A stretch of DNA of 64,000 bases, taken from contig JABHCP010000011.1 of assembly GCA_018673485.1 (NCBI GenBank), positions 5,417 through 69,416 of the forward strand. The letters run 5' to 3'. This DNA comes from Candidatus Uhrbacteria bacterium (GTDB lineage Bacteria > Patescibacteriota > Patescibacteriia > UBA9934). A program made the translations under genes and the position numbers. Position 1 is the stretch's first letter. Every line of letters starts with the position of its first letter. Below are positions 11,533 to 21,818 of this stretch, in pieces. Under the pieces are notes generated by a model. It did no database searches, had not been told where the DNA came from, and saw only the letters and a list, made by a program, of their open reading frames with translations.

Positions 11533-11556
11533 AAAGGCCTTGCGGCCTTTGTTTAT
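11533..11556 (+). terminator. rho-independent terminator aaaaaggccttgcggcctttgttt
   Basis: aggcc/ggcct stem plus T-run. Confidence 0.55.
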
Positions 11557-11870
11557 TTTGGATTTTTTATGCACCAGTTTACCCAGCCTGTGATTCTCAT
11601 TAATTCTTTTTCGACAACCGGGGAATCGTATTCAGCATTGTGCATGTGGCCTCCGCCATAGCCTGGTTTTTTTTGGTCGATGTGAAGATCAAAGGTGACT
11701 TTATCTGCTGATTTTTTTAGATACAAATGAAACCTTGGGTAGAATCCAGAAGTTAGTCGAAGAATGAAGCTCTCGTTTTTTGTGCGAGGGTCAACAAAAG
11801 GCGAATACCCAGCTTTGCGAAGAACTGCTAGAGGGTTAGGAACGTGCAGGGTTTGGAATGACGCTTTCAT
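11553..11870 (-). CDS. hypothetical protein (ORF extends to 11921 but overlaps udk; shorter start assumed)
   Basis: ORF only; start uncertain. Confidence 0.35.
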   Translation of the reverse strand: MKASFQTLHVPNPLAVLRKAGYSPFVDPRTKNESFILRLTSGFYPRFHLYLKKSADKVTFDLHIDQKKPGYGGGHMHNAEYDSPVVEKELMRITGWVNWCIKNPK

Positions 11871-12510
11871 ACGACTTTGGGTGATAAAGATGTTCAACTT
11901 TTGATTTTTGGAACTTATCAACTTTTACTTGTTTGAAGTGGCTGTGAATTACATTGATGCATTGTTCGGCAACACCGGTAGGATTCATCTCTGCGTTTAT
12001 TACGTAGTCTGCATATTGTTTTGTGGGCGCAATGAACTCACGAGCGGCAGGAAGCATGATCGAGTGCAGATAATCATCCTGCACCCATGGCTGACGCATT
12101 TTCCGTCGCTTTACCTGACTGTCCTCAGATAGATCGAAATAAAGTTTTAGATCTATTAATTCGCGAAGTTCAGGGTTGACTAAGGTCATGAATCCATCAA
12201 ACAGCATGACATCGGCTGGAAACACACACTTCTCACCCACGCACCTATCTTCTTTACGTGAGTAGTGCGGAACCATTGCATGTTGACCAGATTTCAAATC
12301 CTGCGCCGCCTTAATCATTGGATCCCATTTCAAGCTATCCGGATGATCCCAGTTAACGCAACCATCAATCACTGGCACGTCTTGGATGTCTCTGAAGAAA
12401 TCATCAAGCTTAAGACGGGAAACATTTGAATACCTTGATTGCAATATACGACAAAACAACGACTTACCACCCCCCGACGGTCCCGCAACTGCAATAAAAT
12501 AAGGTTTCAT
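11836..12510 (-). CDS. udk: uridine kinase / phosphoribulokinase-family nucleoside kinase
   Basis: P-loop AVAGPSGGGKS at N-terminus, 224 aa. Confidence 0.75.
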   Translation of the reverse strand: MKPYFIAVAGPSGGGKSLFCRILQSRYSNVSRLKLDDFFRDIQDVPVIDGCVNWDHPDSLKWDPMIKAAQDLKSGQHAMVPHYSRKEDRCVGEKCVFPADVMLFDGFMTLVNPELRELIDLKLYFDLSEDSQVKRRKMRQPWVQDDYLHSIMLPAAREFIAPTKQYADYVINAEMNPTGVAEQCINVIHSHFKQVKVDKFQKSKVEHLYHPKSYESVIPNPARS

Positions 12511-12530
12511 AGCATAAACATTATATCATT

Positions 12531-12574
12531 AAATAAAGCATGTAAGCGACGATCGTCACTTATGTGCTTTATTG
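12531..12574. repeat. near-perfect 44-bp palindrome with CGATCG centre (aaataaagcatgtaagcgacgat|cgtcacttatgtgctttatt) in divergent promoter region
   Basis: arms reverse-complementary with 2-3 mismatches; CACTTATGTG arm shared with palindromes at 46110 and 46184. Confidence 0.6.
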
Positions 12575-12657
12575 TGCCTAGTCCAATTGACGAGCGCGTG
12601 ACCCTGTTGTGTCTCAGCTCATTAGTTAGCTCAAATAATTACATTTTGATAGAATTC

Positions 12658-13092
12658 ATGTATAAATTATTAGTAATAACTGCAACTATGAAAAGTGCAA
12701 CTTCGTTTGCTATAAAGGCGAACATTGCGTCCTGGATTTTTTTCTTGCTAATTATGGTGGTGATAACATTTCTTCTTGGAGAAAACACCGTTGTGTTGAT
12801 GGCGAATAAATTATTCGCTGGTATTCTTAGCGTCGCTGCTATATTTGTTTCACTATATGTTGCCGCAAGGACGTTACTTAAGAATTCAAAGTTAACCGGT
12901 AAGAATAAAGCCGCTGCTTTGCAGAGCACGTGGTATACATTCATTATCATAACTTTAGTGTTTCTAGTGTTTGGATTTAAAGATACAGTCACACAATTCG
13001 GGTTCCTATATCAGTTGATCGCACTAGTTGCACAAATCGCCGCAGCCTACTTAGCAGTTTGGCTACTAATGGATAAGCCGTCAGCAAAATAA
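12658..13092 (+). CDS. small multi-pass membrane protein (ORF opens at 12439 inside udk)
   Basis: hydrophobic helices; Met at 12658 after divergent intergenic region. Confidence 0.5.
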   Translation: MYKLLVITATMKSATSFAIKANIASWIFFLLIMVVITFLLGENTVVLMANKLFAGILSVAAIFVSLYVAARTLLKNSKLTGKNKAAALQSTWYTFIIITLVFLVFGFKDTVTQFGFLYQLIALVAQIAAAYLAVWLLMDKPSAK

Positions 13093-13132
13093 AATCTCAA
13101 TTAGCCCAGTCTCACAACAGTAAGCTACTTTT

Positions 13133-13313
13133 GGGGTCAGGTCGTTAATTGTAGCGTTTACTACTTTTACAAGGAGTTATTCATTTTTTCGGTTTTATAA
13201 AAAAATTCAACAAAACGATGACGGTTTGTTTTCCCTTTAAAAACATCAAAACGCTACAATTAACGACCTGACCCCACGATGTACTACAATTAACGACCTG
13301 ACCCCACGATGTA
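13133..13313. repeat. inverted-repeat element: 24-bp IRs ggggtcaggtcgttaattgtagcg / cgctacaattaacgacctgacccc around an AT-rich spacer, right end carries perfect 30-bp tandem duplication
   Basis: read directly; lies 90 bp upstream of tRNA-Ser. Confidence 0.65.
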
Positions 13314-13402
13314 AAATAAATGCTTCACATTCGACGCGATCGTGACACATTTGAAACATTATTCTTGATATTTTTTTGATAAATGCTATCATCGCGACAC
13401 AC

Positions 13403-13525
<123 letters not shown>

Positions 13526-14050
13526 TTATTTGATGAGATTTTTCGATTTTAGCTCATCTACTATTTGGCGGGTTATTCTTTGTTTGCCACGTTGGTAGAT
13601 TGAGTCTATTAGTTCTTGGGCTTCTTCGTAGTTTGTCCATTTGTGATGGTCAAATTCTGTTTTTTCTATGTCAAGCTCTGTGGTTGAGGATTCAGACGCC
13701 AGGACGAAGTAGACTTTGCCTTTCATGAAGATGTCTTGGCCATCATCGGTCTTGAGTGATCGTGATCCTTGTTTTGCTGGTGGGAAGGTGCTCTGATCTT
13801 CTAGGATGAAATTCAAGTTTCGATCAAACTTATCAACAAACTCATTACCGAGCTCTTCGCCCATTTCACGCCAAAAGGCCACCTCGAGGCTTTCCCCGTT
13901 GTCTATCCCACCCTGTGGAAACATCCAAAGGTCGTATTCTTTGTGGTATACAAAGAGAACCTTACTGTCATTGGTAGTAATACCAATGACTTGCGGTCTG
14001 TAGCCGCTTTTTCGAATATCGTTGATTTCACTTTGGGATAGGTCTAGCAT
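13526..14050 (-). CDS. NUDIX hydrolase (RppH-like)
   Basis: Nudix box GGIDNGESLEVAFWREMGEELG. Confidence 0.8.
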   Translation of the reverse strand: MLDLSQSEINDIRKSGYRPQVIGITTNDSKVLFVYHKEYDLWMFPQGGIDNGESLEVAFWREMGEELGNEFVDKFDRNLNFILEDQSTFPPAKQGSRSLKTDDGQDIFMKGKVYFVLASESSTTELDIEKTEFDHHKWTNYEEAQELIDSIYQRGKQRITRQIVDELKSKNLIK

Positions 14051-14084
14051 ATGTTTATATTTGTTATCAAATGATAAACTATAT

Positions 14085-14543
14085 ATGCATATGTTTGCAA
14101 ATCGAAGCTATAGAAAAAGTAATAGAACAAAGAAGGTTCATTTTAAGATATCTGAGCTTGCCTACGGCATTTCGGCAGAAATTCTACAAAGTTCCGAGGT
14201 TGATCACAGGCAAAGACTCAGCACTGAGCTTTTGGACGAATTGTGTGACTTAGCACGGATCGATATAGTGAATGTGGAAATCTCAAGCGCTAAACAGCAT
14301 CATAGAAGATCAAAGGGTAGGGTGTCGATGAGACAATACGGTTACTATAAGCCTGATGTTCGCTATATCTATATTACAAATCACACAGCAGTGCGTGGCC
14401 AGCCCTTGGCCGCAAAGACGTTTTTGAATACACTGTTGCATGAGTGGATGCATCACTACGATACTCACAAATTAAAAATTAACTCGATGCACACTAAAGG
14501 ATTTTATTTACGATTAGGACAACTCGAAAAGAACTTGAGATAA
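14085..14543 (+). CDS. putative HExxH zinc metallopeptidase (SprT/WLM/DUF45-like)
   Basis: LLHEWMHH motif; start chosen at MHMFAN, ORF opens 14022. Confidence 0.4.
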   Translation: MHMFANRSYRKSNRTKKVHFKISELAYGISAEILQSSEVDHRQRLSTELLDELCDLARIDIVNVEISSAKQHHRRSKGRVSMRQYGYYKPDVRYIYITNHTAVRGQPLAAKTFLNTLLHEWMHHYDTHKLKINSMHTKGFYLRLGQLEKNLR

Positions 14544-14546
14544 TTT

Positions 14547-15704
14547 ATGAAAGATAGCCTTCACAAAGAAATAATGGAAATGACCCAAGCCCTTGTTCGT
14601 ATACCTTCAAGAACAGAGAAGGAGTCTGAGCAAGTTATAGCTGGTTATGTAAAACGTAAACTTGAAGAGTTTGGATTTTCACCAGAATATATTGGACCCC
14701 AAACACAGCCTTCGGTTATGTGTTACATCGAGAAAGATCCAGAAGCTAAAACTATTTGGCTCGAAGCTCCATTGGACACCTCCAGATCATCTGACGCTGG
14801 TGCTTGGAAGTATCCGCCTTTTGAAGGGGTGGTCGATGGAGACAAAATGTACGGCTGCGGTGTAGCCAGTTGCAAAATTGCAATCGCGATGTATAGCTTG
14901 CTGGCGCGCGAGCTTGCCAACGATCCAGATTTTAAGGGAAACATATTTCTAGCGTTTAATGCCGATGAGCAGTGCGGTAGTTTAACGGGAGCTCGTGAAA
15001 TAATACATCGCGCACCTAAAGCTGATATTTGTTTACTTGGGTATCAGGGCAACAAAGAGATATCAATTGGTGCTCGTGGGTGGCTCCGAATGCATGTTCA
15101 GACTATGGGTAAATCGCATCACACCGGTGCACGCTCTGCTAAGGGAGTTAATGCCATTCATTCAATGTCACGGATTATCAACGCTATTAGCTCACTTAGC
15201 TTAAAGTTTAAAAAAGATACGTTCTTTTGGTTCGGTCCATCGATCCATGTAACCACCATTCGTGGGGGCGTTGCTATGAATATTGTTCCAGATTATTGCC
15301 GTGTTAATATCGACATTCGACTTGTGCCTGGCCAAGATGACAAGTCAGTGATCAAGCAGGTGGAGCGTGAGCTTGAGAAAATGAAAAAGAGAGATAAAAA
15401 CTTCGAATACCTACTAGATGTCTTCCAATATCAGAGCGCATATTTAACCGATCCAACACATCCGTTTATTAATATCCTGCAATCAAAAATAAAGGACTCC
15501 ACTGGGTCAAGAGTTCCGCTTGTTGCTAGTGGGCACGGGAGCGCTGGAAATTTGATTAGTGAGCTTGGAGTGCCGATCATTAACGCCTTCGGAGTTGAGG
15601 GTGGGGAAGAACATTCACCTGATGAATGGGTTAGTGTAAAGAGTATTGCACAAACTTTTGATATACTAAGTGCATCACTAAGTGAGTTTACAAAAGAAAA
15701 ATAA
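14547..15704 (+). CDS. M20-family metallopeptidase (ArgE/DapE-like deacylase)
   Basis: 385 aa, M20 layout with N-terminal LVRIPS motif and metal-binding H/D/E positions. Confidence 0.65.
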   Translation: MKDSLHKEIMEMTQALVRIPSRTEKESEQVIAGYVKRKLEEFGFSPEYIGPQTQPSVMCYIEKDPEAKTIWLEAPLDTSRSSDAGAWKYPPFEGVVDGDKMYGCGVASCKIAIAMYSLLARELANDPDFKGNIFLAFNADEQCGSLTGAREIIHRAPKADICLLGYQGNKEISIGARGWLRMHVQTMGKSHHTGARSAKGVNAIHSMSRIINAISSLSLKFKKDTFFWFGPSIHVTTIRGGVAMNIVPDYCRVNIDIRLVPGQDDKSVIKQVERELEKMKKRDKNFEYLLDVFQYQSAYLTDPTHPFINILQSKIKDSTGSRVPLVASGHGSAGNLISELGVPIINAFGVEGGEEHSPDEWVSVKSIAQTFDILSASLSEFTKEK

Positions 15705-15707
15705 ACT

Positions 15708-16688
15708 ATGGAGGTTTTTACAAATATAATATTCCTGCTCGCCGGCTTTTTCATGCTCATTAAGGGAGCGGACTATCTGATCGACGGTGCTAGCTCGATA
15801 GCAAAGCGCTTCGGTATTCCGACATTGGTTATCGGGCTTACCGTTGTTGCCTTCGGTACCTCGGCTCCAGAGATTGTTGTTAACTTGGTGGCGGCCATAG
15901 GCGGTAATCCAGAAATAGCACTTGGAAACATTAACGGAACTGTAATTGCGAATACACTATTGATCCTTGGAATCGGGGCATTTATTTCAAAAATTCCAGT
16001 GAAAAGCAGAACTGTTGTAAAGGAGATTCCATTCATGATTCTGGCTGCTCTTGTGCTTTTGATTTTTACGCTCGATCAATTTATCAACGGAGATGCGCAA
16101 GCAGTATTATCAAGAATTGATGGAATCATCATGATATTGATCTTCGGTGTATTTTTGTACTATCTATTTCTTTCAGTTAAGGGCTCGCCATTTGCCAAAG
16201 AGAAAACTAAGATGCGCGTTCCAAAAGCAATCGGGCTTACACTTTTTGGATTGTTGGGCCTAATGCTCGGTGCACACCTAACTGTTGACGGAGCGTCGGG
16301 GCTCGCTATCGCTGCAGGAGTGTCAGAGTCTTTAGTTGCTCTAACAGTGGTGGCGCTCGGTACGTCACTACCAGAGCTCACGGCGGCAATCATGGCAGCG
16401 CGTAAGGGTGAGATGGATTTGGCAGTTGGTTCGGTTGTAGGATCTAACATCTTTGATATTTTGCTTGGGCTTGGGCTCTCAGCTGTAATTGCTCCAATGG
16501 TAATCTCGAACTCTACAATAATCGATGTCGCGATTGTTCTTGCCTCACTTACAATATTGCTGATTGCACTTTTCATAACGCGAAGAAATGCAGACGATGG
16601 TGAACATCGAGTGCTTGATAGACGTGAAGGTATTATCCTTTTAAGCCTGTACGTGCTCTATATTGTGTATGTTGTAATTAGAGGCTAG
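15708..16688 (+). CDS. Ca2+/Na+ antiporter, CaCA family
   Basis: duplicated alpha-repeat motifs GTSAPE and GTSLPE in a 10-TM protein. Confidence 0.8.
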   Translation: MEVFTNIIFLLAGFFMLIKGADYLIDGASSIAKRFGIPTLVIGLTVVAFGTSAPEIVVNLVAAIGGNPEIALGNINGTVIANTLLILGIGAFISKIPVKSRTVVKEIPFMILAALVLLIFTLDQFINGDAQAVLSRIDGIIMILIFGVFLYYLFLSVKGSPFAKEKTKMRVPKAIGLTLFGLLGLMLGAHLTVDGASGLAIAAGVSESLVALTVVALGTSLPELTAAIMAARKGEMDLAVGSVVGSNIFDILLGLGLSAVIAPMVISNSTIIDVAIVLASLTILLIALFITRRNADDGEHRVLDRREGIILLSLYVLYIVYVVIRG

Positions 16689-16706
16689 AGGCGGTAAAGT
16701 AGTAGC

Positions 16707-18524
16707 ATGCTAGACCCAAAAGATGAGATAAAACAAAGGCTCGATGTAGTTGAGATAATTTCGGAATATTTACCGCTCAAACCAGCTGGTTCGAGCGGCT
16801 TTAAAGCATGCTGTCCTTTTCATGGCGAAAAGACTCCATCTTTCCACGTATCTCGCGAAAAACAGATTTGGCATTGCTTTGGTTGCAATAAGGGCGGAGA
16901 TCTTTTTGCTTTTGTGATGGATCTTGAAGGTATGAATTTTCCTAGTGTACTCGAGCTAATGGCTGGAAAAGCTGGAGTCAAGTTACCAGAGCGTACGCAA
17001 AGTCAGGCGTCAAAAGAGTCCAAAAAAGAACGTGATGTACTGCTTGACCTGCACATAATTGCGCAAAAGTTTTACACAAAGATTTTGACAGAGCATGAGT
17101 ACGGCGCCGACGCTCGTAAGTACTTGAAAGATCGAGGCATTACAGATGACTTGATTGAGAAGTTTGGTTTGGGATTTGCATCAGATCAGTGGAGCATGAT
17201 GGCGAACTATCTTCAAAAAAGGGATTACGACGATGAGCTAATAATCAAGAGTGGTCTCGCGAAAAAGAAATTATCAGGTGACGGTATTATCGACAGGTTT
17301 AGAAATCGAATACTTGTTCCCCTTCATGACGCGCGTGGAAGGGTAATTGGATTTACCGGGCGGTCTCTTGTTGAGACTGATAAGAGTGGGCCAAAGTATT
17401 TAAACTCGCCTGAAACTGATATTTACAATAAGCGAGCGGTGCTTTATGGTTTGCATTTGGCGAAAACTGCAATAAGACAAAATAAGTCGGTAATTATCGT
17501 TGAAGGCAACTTGGACGTAATTGCGTCACACAAAGCAGGAGTTGAAAATATTGTGGCTAGTTCAGGAACAGCGCTTACTGACATTCAACTGCAAACTTTA
17601 AAAAAACTTACCAATCATTTAATCTTCTGTTTTGATTCTGACAATGCTGGCTTTGAAGCGGCGCGAAGAGGAATCCGCTTAGCTCAGCAAATGGACTTTG
17701 ATGTCCACGTTATTTTAATTCCGGATGAAATGGGCAAGGATCCAGATGATGTAGTACAAAACGATCCAGAAAAATGGGTGCAGATCGCAAGTAAGCCAAT
17801 TCATATAATCAAATATTATTTTAATCGGATTTTTGCAAAGAGCGACATATCAAATATCACACAGAAAAAAGAAGCCACGAAGTTCATGCTTTCAGAGATT
17901 GCTCAGTATACCGACGCGGTTGAACGTGAGCATTGGTTAATGCAACTCTCTGATAGGACAATGATTGGAATAGATGTACTGCGCAGTGAGATAAAAAAGC
18001 ATGCTCAGACTCAAAAAACACCAGAAGCTAAAGCTCCAATCAAGCCGTCTGAGCAAAAAAAGACAAGAAATGATTCAGTGGTGAGCTTTCTTTTAGGAGT
18101 CTTGCTTGTTCACCCGCAGTATTTTGATGATATTTCCAATAATCTTAGCCAAGAGACAATTAAAAGCGATCAGCTCAGAGTGGTTTACAAAGATATCAAG
18201 TCAGCGTATACTCAAGCCAATACGCCATCAACCACGCAAAAAACTACTTTCTCAATCCTCTCTGCGCTCTATAAGCAGGAACAAAGGACAGACGATGCGA
18301 ACTGCATTAATGCCTTAACCCTCAAAACTGAGCAAATATTAGATGGATTCCAAGAGAAACAGGTGCGTGAAGAAATTGATAGGCATTTAGAAATTTTAGT
18401 CCAAGCTCCGCGCAAGGCGCATCTTTTGGAGCTGGAGAGCAATATTCGCCAGGCAGAAATGGCTGGTGATAAACAGCGCGCTCGTCAACTTACTGATGAG
18501 TATTTAGAAGTACTCAAGTCATAA
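16707..18524 (+). CDS. dnaG: DNA primase
   Basis: CHC2 zinc finger CPFHGEKTPSFHVS...CFGC, Toprim domain. Confidence 0.9.
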   Translation: MLDPKDEIKQRLDVVEIISEYLPLKPAGSSGFKACCPFHGEKTPSFHVSREKQIWHCFGCNKGGDLFAFVMDLEGMNFPSVLELMAGKAGVKLPERTQSQASKESKKERDVLLDLHIIAQKFYTKILTEHEYGADARKYLKDRGITDDLIEKFGLGFASDQWSMMANYLQKRDYDDELIIKSGLAKKKLSGDGIIDRFRNRILVPLHDARGRVIGFTGRSLVETDKSGPKYLNSPETDIYNKRAVLYGLHLAKTAIRQNKSVIIVEGNLDVIASHKAGVENIVASSGTALTDIQLQTLKKLTNHLIFCFDSDNAGFEAARRGIRLAQQMDFDVHVILIPDEMGKDPDDVVQNDPEKWVQIASKPIHIIKYYFNRIFAKSDISNITQKKEATKFMLSEIAQYTDAVEREHWLMQLSDRTMIGIDVLRSEIKKHAQTQKTPEAKAPIKPSEQKKTRNDSVVSFLLGVLLVHPQYFDDISNNLSQETIKSDQLRVVYKDIKSAYTQANTPSTTQKTTFSILSALYKQEQRTDDANCINALTLKTEQILDGFQEKQVREEIDRHLEILVQAPRKAHLLELESNIRQAEMAGDKQRARQLTDEYLEVLKS

Positions 18525-18543
18525 AAAATGACCAAAAATTAGT

Positions 18544-19797
18544 ATGCCCGCAAAAAAGGCAAGCAAAAAAACAATCGTGAAGAAAAAGACAGCTAAAAAG
18601 GTAGTTAAAAAGGCAGAGAAAAAACCTGCTAAAAAGGCTACAAAGAAAATAGTGGCTAAAAAGCCAAGAGTAGTTCGAAAAAAGGTTCCAAAAGAAAGAT
18701 ATAAGAAATCAGCGCCACCGACTGAGGAAGTTTTAGATAGAATAATAGAGCGCGGATTTGCAAAAGGTTTCGTAACTGATACGGAGGTGGTATTTGCATT
18801 TGGGCAAATTGAAGATCATATTGATATCTTTGAGGAATTTTTGGATCAGCTCGAAATCGATGGTGTTCATTTTGTAGAGATGAAGGAAGGCTTTTTAGGA
18901 CACGAAAAATCAGCTGAGGAAATTTACGGAAAACTACGCGTTAAAAGTGAGCCAAGAGGAGACGTATCAGAAGCTACTCAAGATTCAATTCAAATGTACT
19001 TGCGTGAAATCGGAAAGATTCCATTACTTACCGCAGAGGAAGAAATCGCGCTAGCAAAACGAAAAGAGGTTAATGATAAAGAGGCTGAGCGACGACTCAT
19101 CGAGGCAAACCTTAGATTGGTTGTATCAATTGCTAAGAAATTCGTTGGAAAGCAACTTTCACTTCTTGATTTGATTCAGGAGGGAAATGTTGGACTTTTC
19201 AGAGCTGTTAAAAAATTCGAATACAGAAAAGGATATAAGTTCTCAACGTATGCCACTTGGGGGATTCGTCAGGCAATTACCCGTGCGCTTGCTGATCAGT
19301 CCAGAACCATTCGAATTCCTGTGCACATGGTCGAGACCATTAATAAGTTCAAACAAATTCAGCGTCGGTTGATTCAGGATCTTGGACGAGAGCCGCTTCC
19401 AGAGGAAATGTCCTCTGAGATGGACTTGCCAGTTGCGAAAGTTCGGCACATCAAAAAGATTTCACAAGAAACTGTATCGCTTGAAACTTCAGTTGGAGAC
19501 GATGACGAGGATTCAAAGCTTCAGGATTTCATTGAAGACACTAAGACCATCTCGCCTGACAAGGCCGCTGCTCGTGAGTTGCTAAGTGAGTACGTAAAGA
19601 TCGGAATGAGGGATCTGACTCCAAGAGAGCAAAAGATTCTAGAAATGAGATTTGGACTAACCGACGGTGTTAGTCATACGCTCGAAGAAGTTGGACGAGA
19701 GTTTGATGTTACACGTGAGCGTATTCGTCAGATTGAGGCGAAGGCTTTGGAGAAGATTCAACAAAAAGAAATCATTCACAAACTTAGAGATTACTAA
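18544..19797 (+). CDS. rpoD: RNA polymerase sigma-70 factor with lysine-rich N-terminal extension
   Basis: regions 2-4 conserved (region 4 [15 protein letters not shown]); N-terminal KKxxKK tail. Confidence 0.9.
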   Translation: MPAKKASKKTIVKKKTAKKVVKKAEKKPAKKATKKIVAKKPRVVRKKVPKERYKKSAPPTEEVLDRIIERGFAKGFVTDTEVVFAFGQIEDHIDIFEEFLDQLEIDGVHFVEMKEGFLGHEKSAEEIYGKLRVKSEPRGDVSEATQDSIQMYLREIGKIPLLTAEEEIALAKRKEVNDKEAERRLIEANLRLVVSIAKKFVGKQLSLLDLIQEGNVGLFRAVKKFEYRKGYKFSTYATWGIRQAITRALADQSRTIRIPVHMVETINKFKQIQRRLIQDLGREPLPEEMSSEMDLPVAKVRHIKKISQETVSLETSVGDDDEDSKLQDFIEDTKTISPDKAAARELLSEYVKIGMRDLTPREQKILEMRFGLTDGVSHTLEEVGREFDVTRERIRQIEAKALEKIQQKEIIHKLRDY

Positions 19798-19798
19798 T

Positions 19799-20461
19799 AT
19801 GAAAAAACTAATTTTGGGATTAACGGCATTGACACTTGTTGTGTCAGGGTGCGGTCTAACAGACTCGGCTCCAGTATCTGATGAGGGTTATTGGAAAATT
19901 ACGTTTACAGCCGATGTTTCAGTTTACAATGATGGATCCATTCCAGAGACTACCGGTGGTGGGCCAGTTGCGTGTTTTGCCGATGGCTACATCGGGTCTG
20001 TGCTTTATTTTCCATTCGAAGGTGGGGAAGTCGTAGCGCAAGAATCATTTGTCACCATGAACAATGTTAATTGCATTGAATGCACCAGTGAAATCGCTTC
20101 AAACGCAGTCGAGATACCAATCACCCTAAGCTCAGTTCTTGATATCACAAGCGTGGACGTTCAGGAGGAAGGTAGCGAGATGGTATTTACATACGATGAC
20201 TTTAGAGTTTGGATGGAGAAACCATCGGTATATCCAGTTGATATTCTATACTCATGCCCTGGAGGAACGCCGGGAGTTGCGTCAGACTACGGTGGTTACA
20301 TTTCTCAAATTGTTTCACCACTGTTGACTCAGGTTTGGTCGTTCGCACCAACATACGGTGAGCTAAACACGTCGACATTCCAAGCATATGAGTTCCCGCC
20401 GACGTATATGGCCGATATAGAGTTCAACATCATTGAAGAATACGTTAAGACAATCGACTAA
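19799..20461 (+). CDS. putative lipoprotein (ORF opens 19667 inside rpoD)
   Basis: signal peptide MKKLILGLTALTLVVSGC with lipobox; ATG overlaps rpoD stop (TAATATG). Confidence 0.6.
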   Translation: MKKLILGLTALTLVVSGCGLTDSAPVSDEGYWKITFTADVSVYNDGSIPETTGGGPVACFADGYIGSVLYFPFEGGEVVAQESFVTMNNVNCIECTSEIASNAVEIPITLSSVLDITSVDVQEEGSEMVFTYDDFRVWMEKPSVYPVDILYSCPGGTPGVASDYGGYISQIVSPLLTQVWSFAPTYGELNTSTFQAYEFPPTYMADIEFNIIEEYVKTID

Positions 20462-20463
20462 TT

Positions 20464-21714
20464 ATGATTAAGAAAATACTAATAGCCTTGGTTCTTTCGC
20501 TCGCAATAGTGTCACCAGTTGTGGCACAAGTAAATCCGATTGAAGAATCTGATCAATACGAGGCTCATCTTTATATTTTTCACAGCGAGTCATGTCCGCA
20601 TTGCGTCGCTGAGTTAGAGTTCTTGGTAGGGCTTGCAAAAGAAGAGGCGTATCAGAACGTTCAGTTCTTAGAGTTTGAGGTCACACAAAACGATGACAAC
20701 CTTCAGCTATTTAGGGAAGTAGGCGCAGCGCTGGACATAGATATTTCCGGCGTTCCGTTTACCATTGTTGGATCAGAGGCGATAGCCGGATATTCAACCG
20801 ACGAAACAACGGGGGCACAAATCAGAAATGCACTTGATTATGTGCTTGAAAACGGTGACCCAGATTTAGTGGGTGCGATAATTACAGGTGAAGGTATTGA
20901 TACGACCCCGATTCAAGACGATACCTCAAATGACGAGGTGGATCAAAACGCAAGTACATCCATTCCAGAATCTGTCAGCGTGCCTTTTTTTGGTGAAGTA
21001 AAAACTGCTAATCTTTCATTACCAGCTTTGTCGGTCCTATTAGGATTTATCGATGGCTTTAATCCATGCGCAATGTGGGTATTAGTTTTCCTCATCTCAT
21101 TGATGATTGGAATGAAGGACAGGAAGCGAATGTGGGTTCTTGGAACAACGTTCATCATCGCCTCAGGAGTTGTATATTACTTCTTCATGGCAGCATGGTT
21201 GAATATTTTGCTATTCATCGGATTCCTGTTTGCCGTGCGATTAGTTATTGGATTGGTTGCAATCGGTGGAGGTGCGTATAGCATTCATGATTACTACACA
21301 AACAAAGATGCGGAGTGTAAGGTGGGTGACTTGAGCGAGAAGAAGAAGACAATGGACAAGATGCGAGCTGTCATAAATAAGCCATCATTCATTGCAGCAT
21401 TCTTTGGAATCATTGCGCTCGCTGCCGCTGTTAACATGGTGGAGCTAGTTTGCTCAGCTGGAATCCCAGCAGTGTTCACGCAGATCCTGAACATGGCCGA
21501 CATATCAACTATCGGACGTTACGCGTACATGGCACTCTACATACTGCTCTACATGATCGATGACATCGTCGTGTTCGTAATAGCTATGCTAACACTTCAA
21601 ATTAGTGGAGTCACAGCAAAATACACTCGAGCAACACGATTAATAGGGGGTATCCTAATGGTACTAATTGGTGTACTAATGATCCTGAAGCCAGAGTGGT
21701 TAATGTTCGGATAA
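20464..21714 (+). CDS. thioredoxin-like domain fused to CcdA/DsbD-type membrane thiol-disulfide transporter
   Basis: N-terminal SCPHC thioredoxin motif; membrane core with GFNPC and VCSAGIP cysteines typical of CcdA/DsbD. Confidence 0.65.
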   Translation: MIKKILIALVLSLAIVSPVVAQVNPIEESDQYEAHLYIFHSESCPHCVAELEFLVGLAKEEAYQNVQFLEFEVTQNDDNLQLFREVGAALDIDISGVPFTIVGSEAIAGYSTDETTGAQIRNALDYVLENGDPDLVGAIITGEGIDTTPIQDDTSNDEVDQNASTSIPESVSVPFFGEVKTANLSLPALSVLLGFIDGFNPCAMWVLVFLISLMIGMKDRKRMWVLGTTFIIASGVVYYFFMAAWLNILLFIGFLFAVRLVIGLVAIGGGAYSIHDYYTNKDAECKVGDLSEKKKTMDKMRAVINKPSFIAAFFGIIALAAAVNMVELVCSAGIPAVFTQILNMADISTIGRYAYMALYILLYMIDDIVVFVIAMLTLQISGVTAKYTRATRLIGGILMVLIGVLMILKPEWLMFG

Positions 21715-21780
21715 AATAAAATAGAACCACATAGGTCCTACTTGTTAATTCAGGTGGGGCTTATTTGTTTAGTGTTCGCG

Positions 21781-21818
21781 TCCCCCTTCCCAAGGGGGAC
21801 AACAGGGGGTTGCCGTTA
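21781..21818 (+). repeat. GC-rich palindromic repeat R1 (tcccccttcccaagggggacaacagggggttgccgtta); includes stop codon of DUF559 gene
   Basis: ccccc/ggggg hairpin plus GTTGCCGTTA tail; homologous copies R2-R4 nearby. Confidence 0.75.

Noticed and set aside
13254-13313. CRISPR array
   Set aside because: Only two direct repeats with no spacer, and no cas genes. Interpreted as a tandem duplication of a MITE end.
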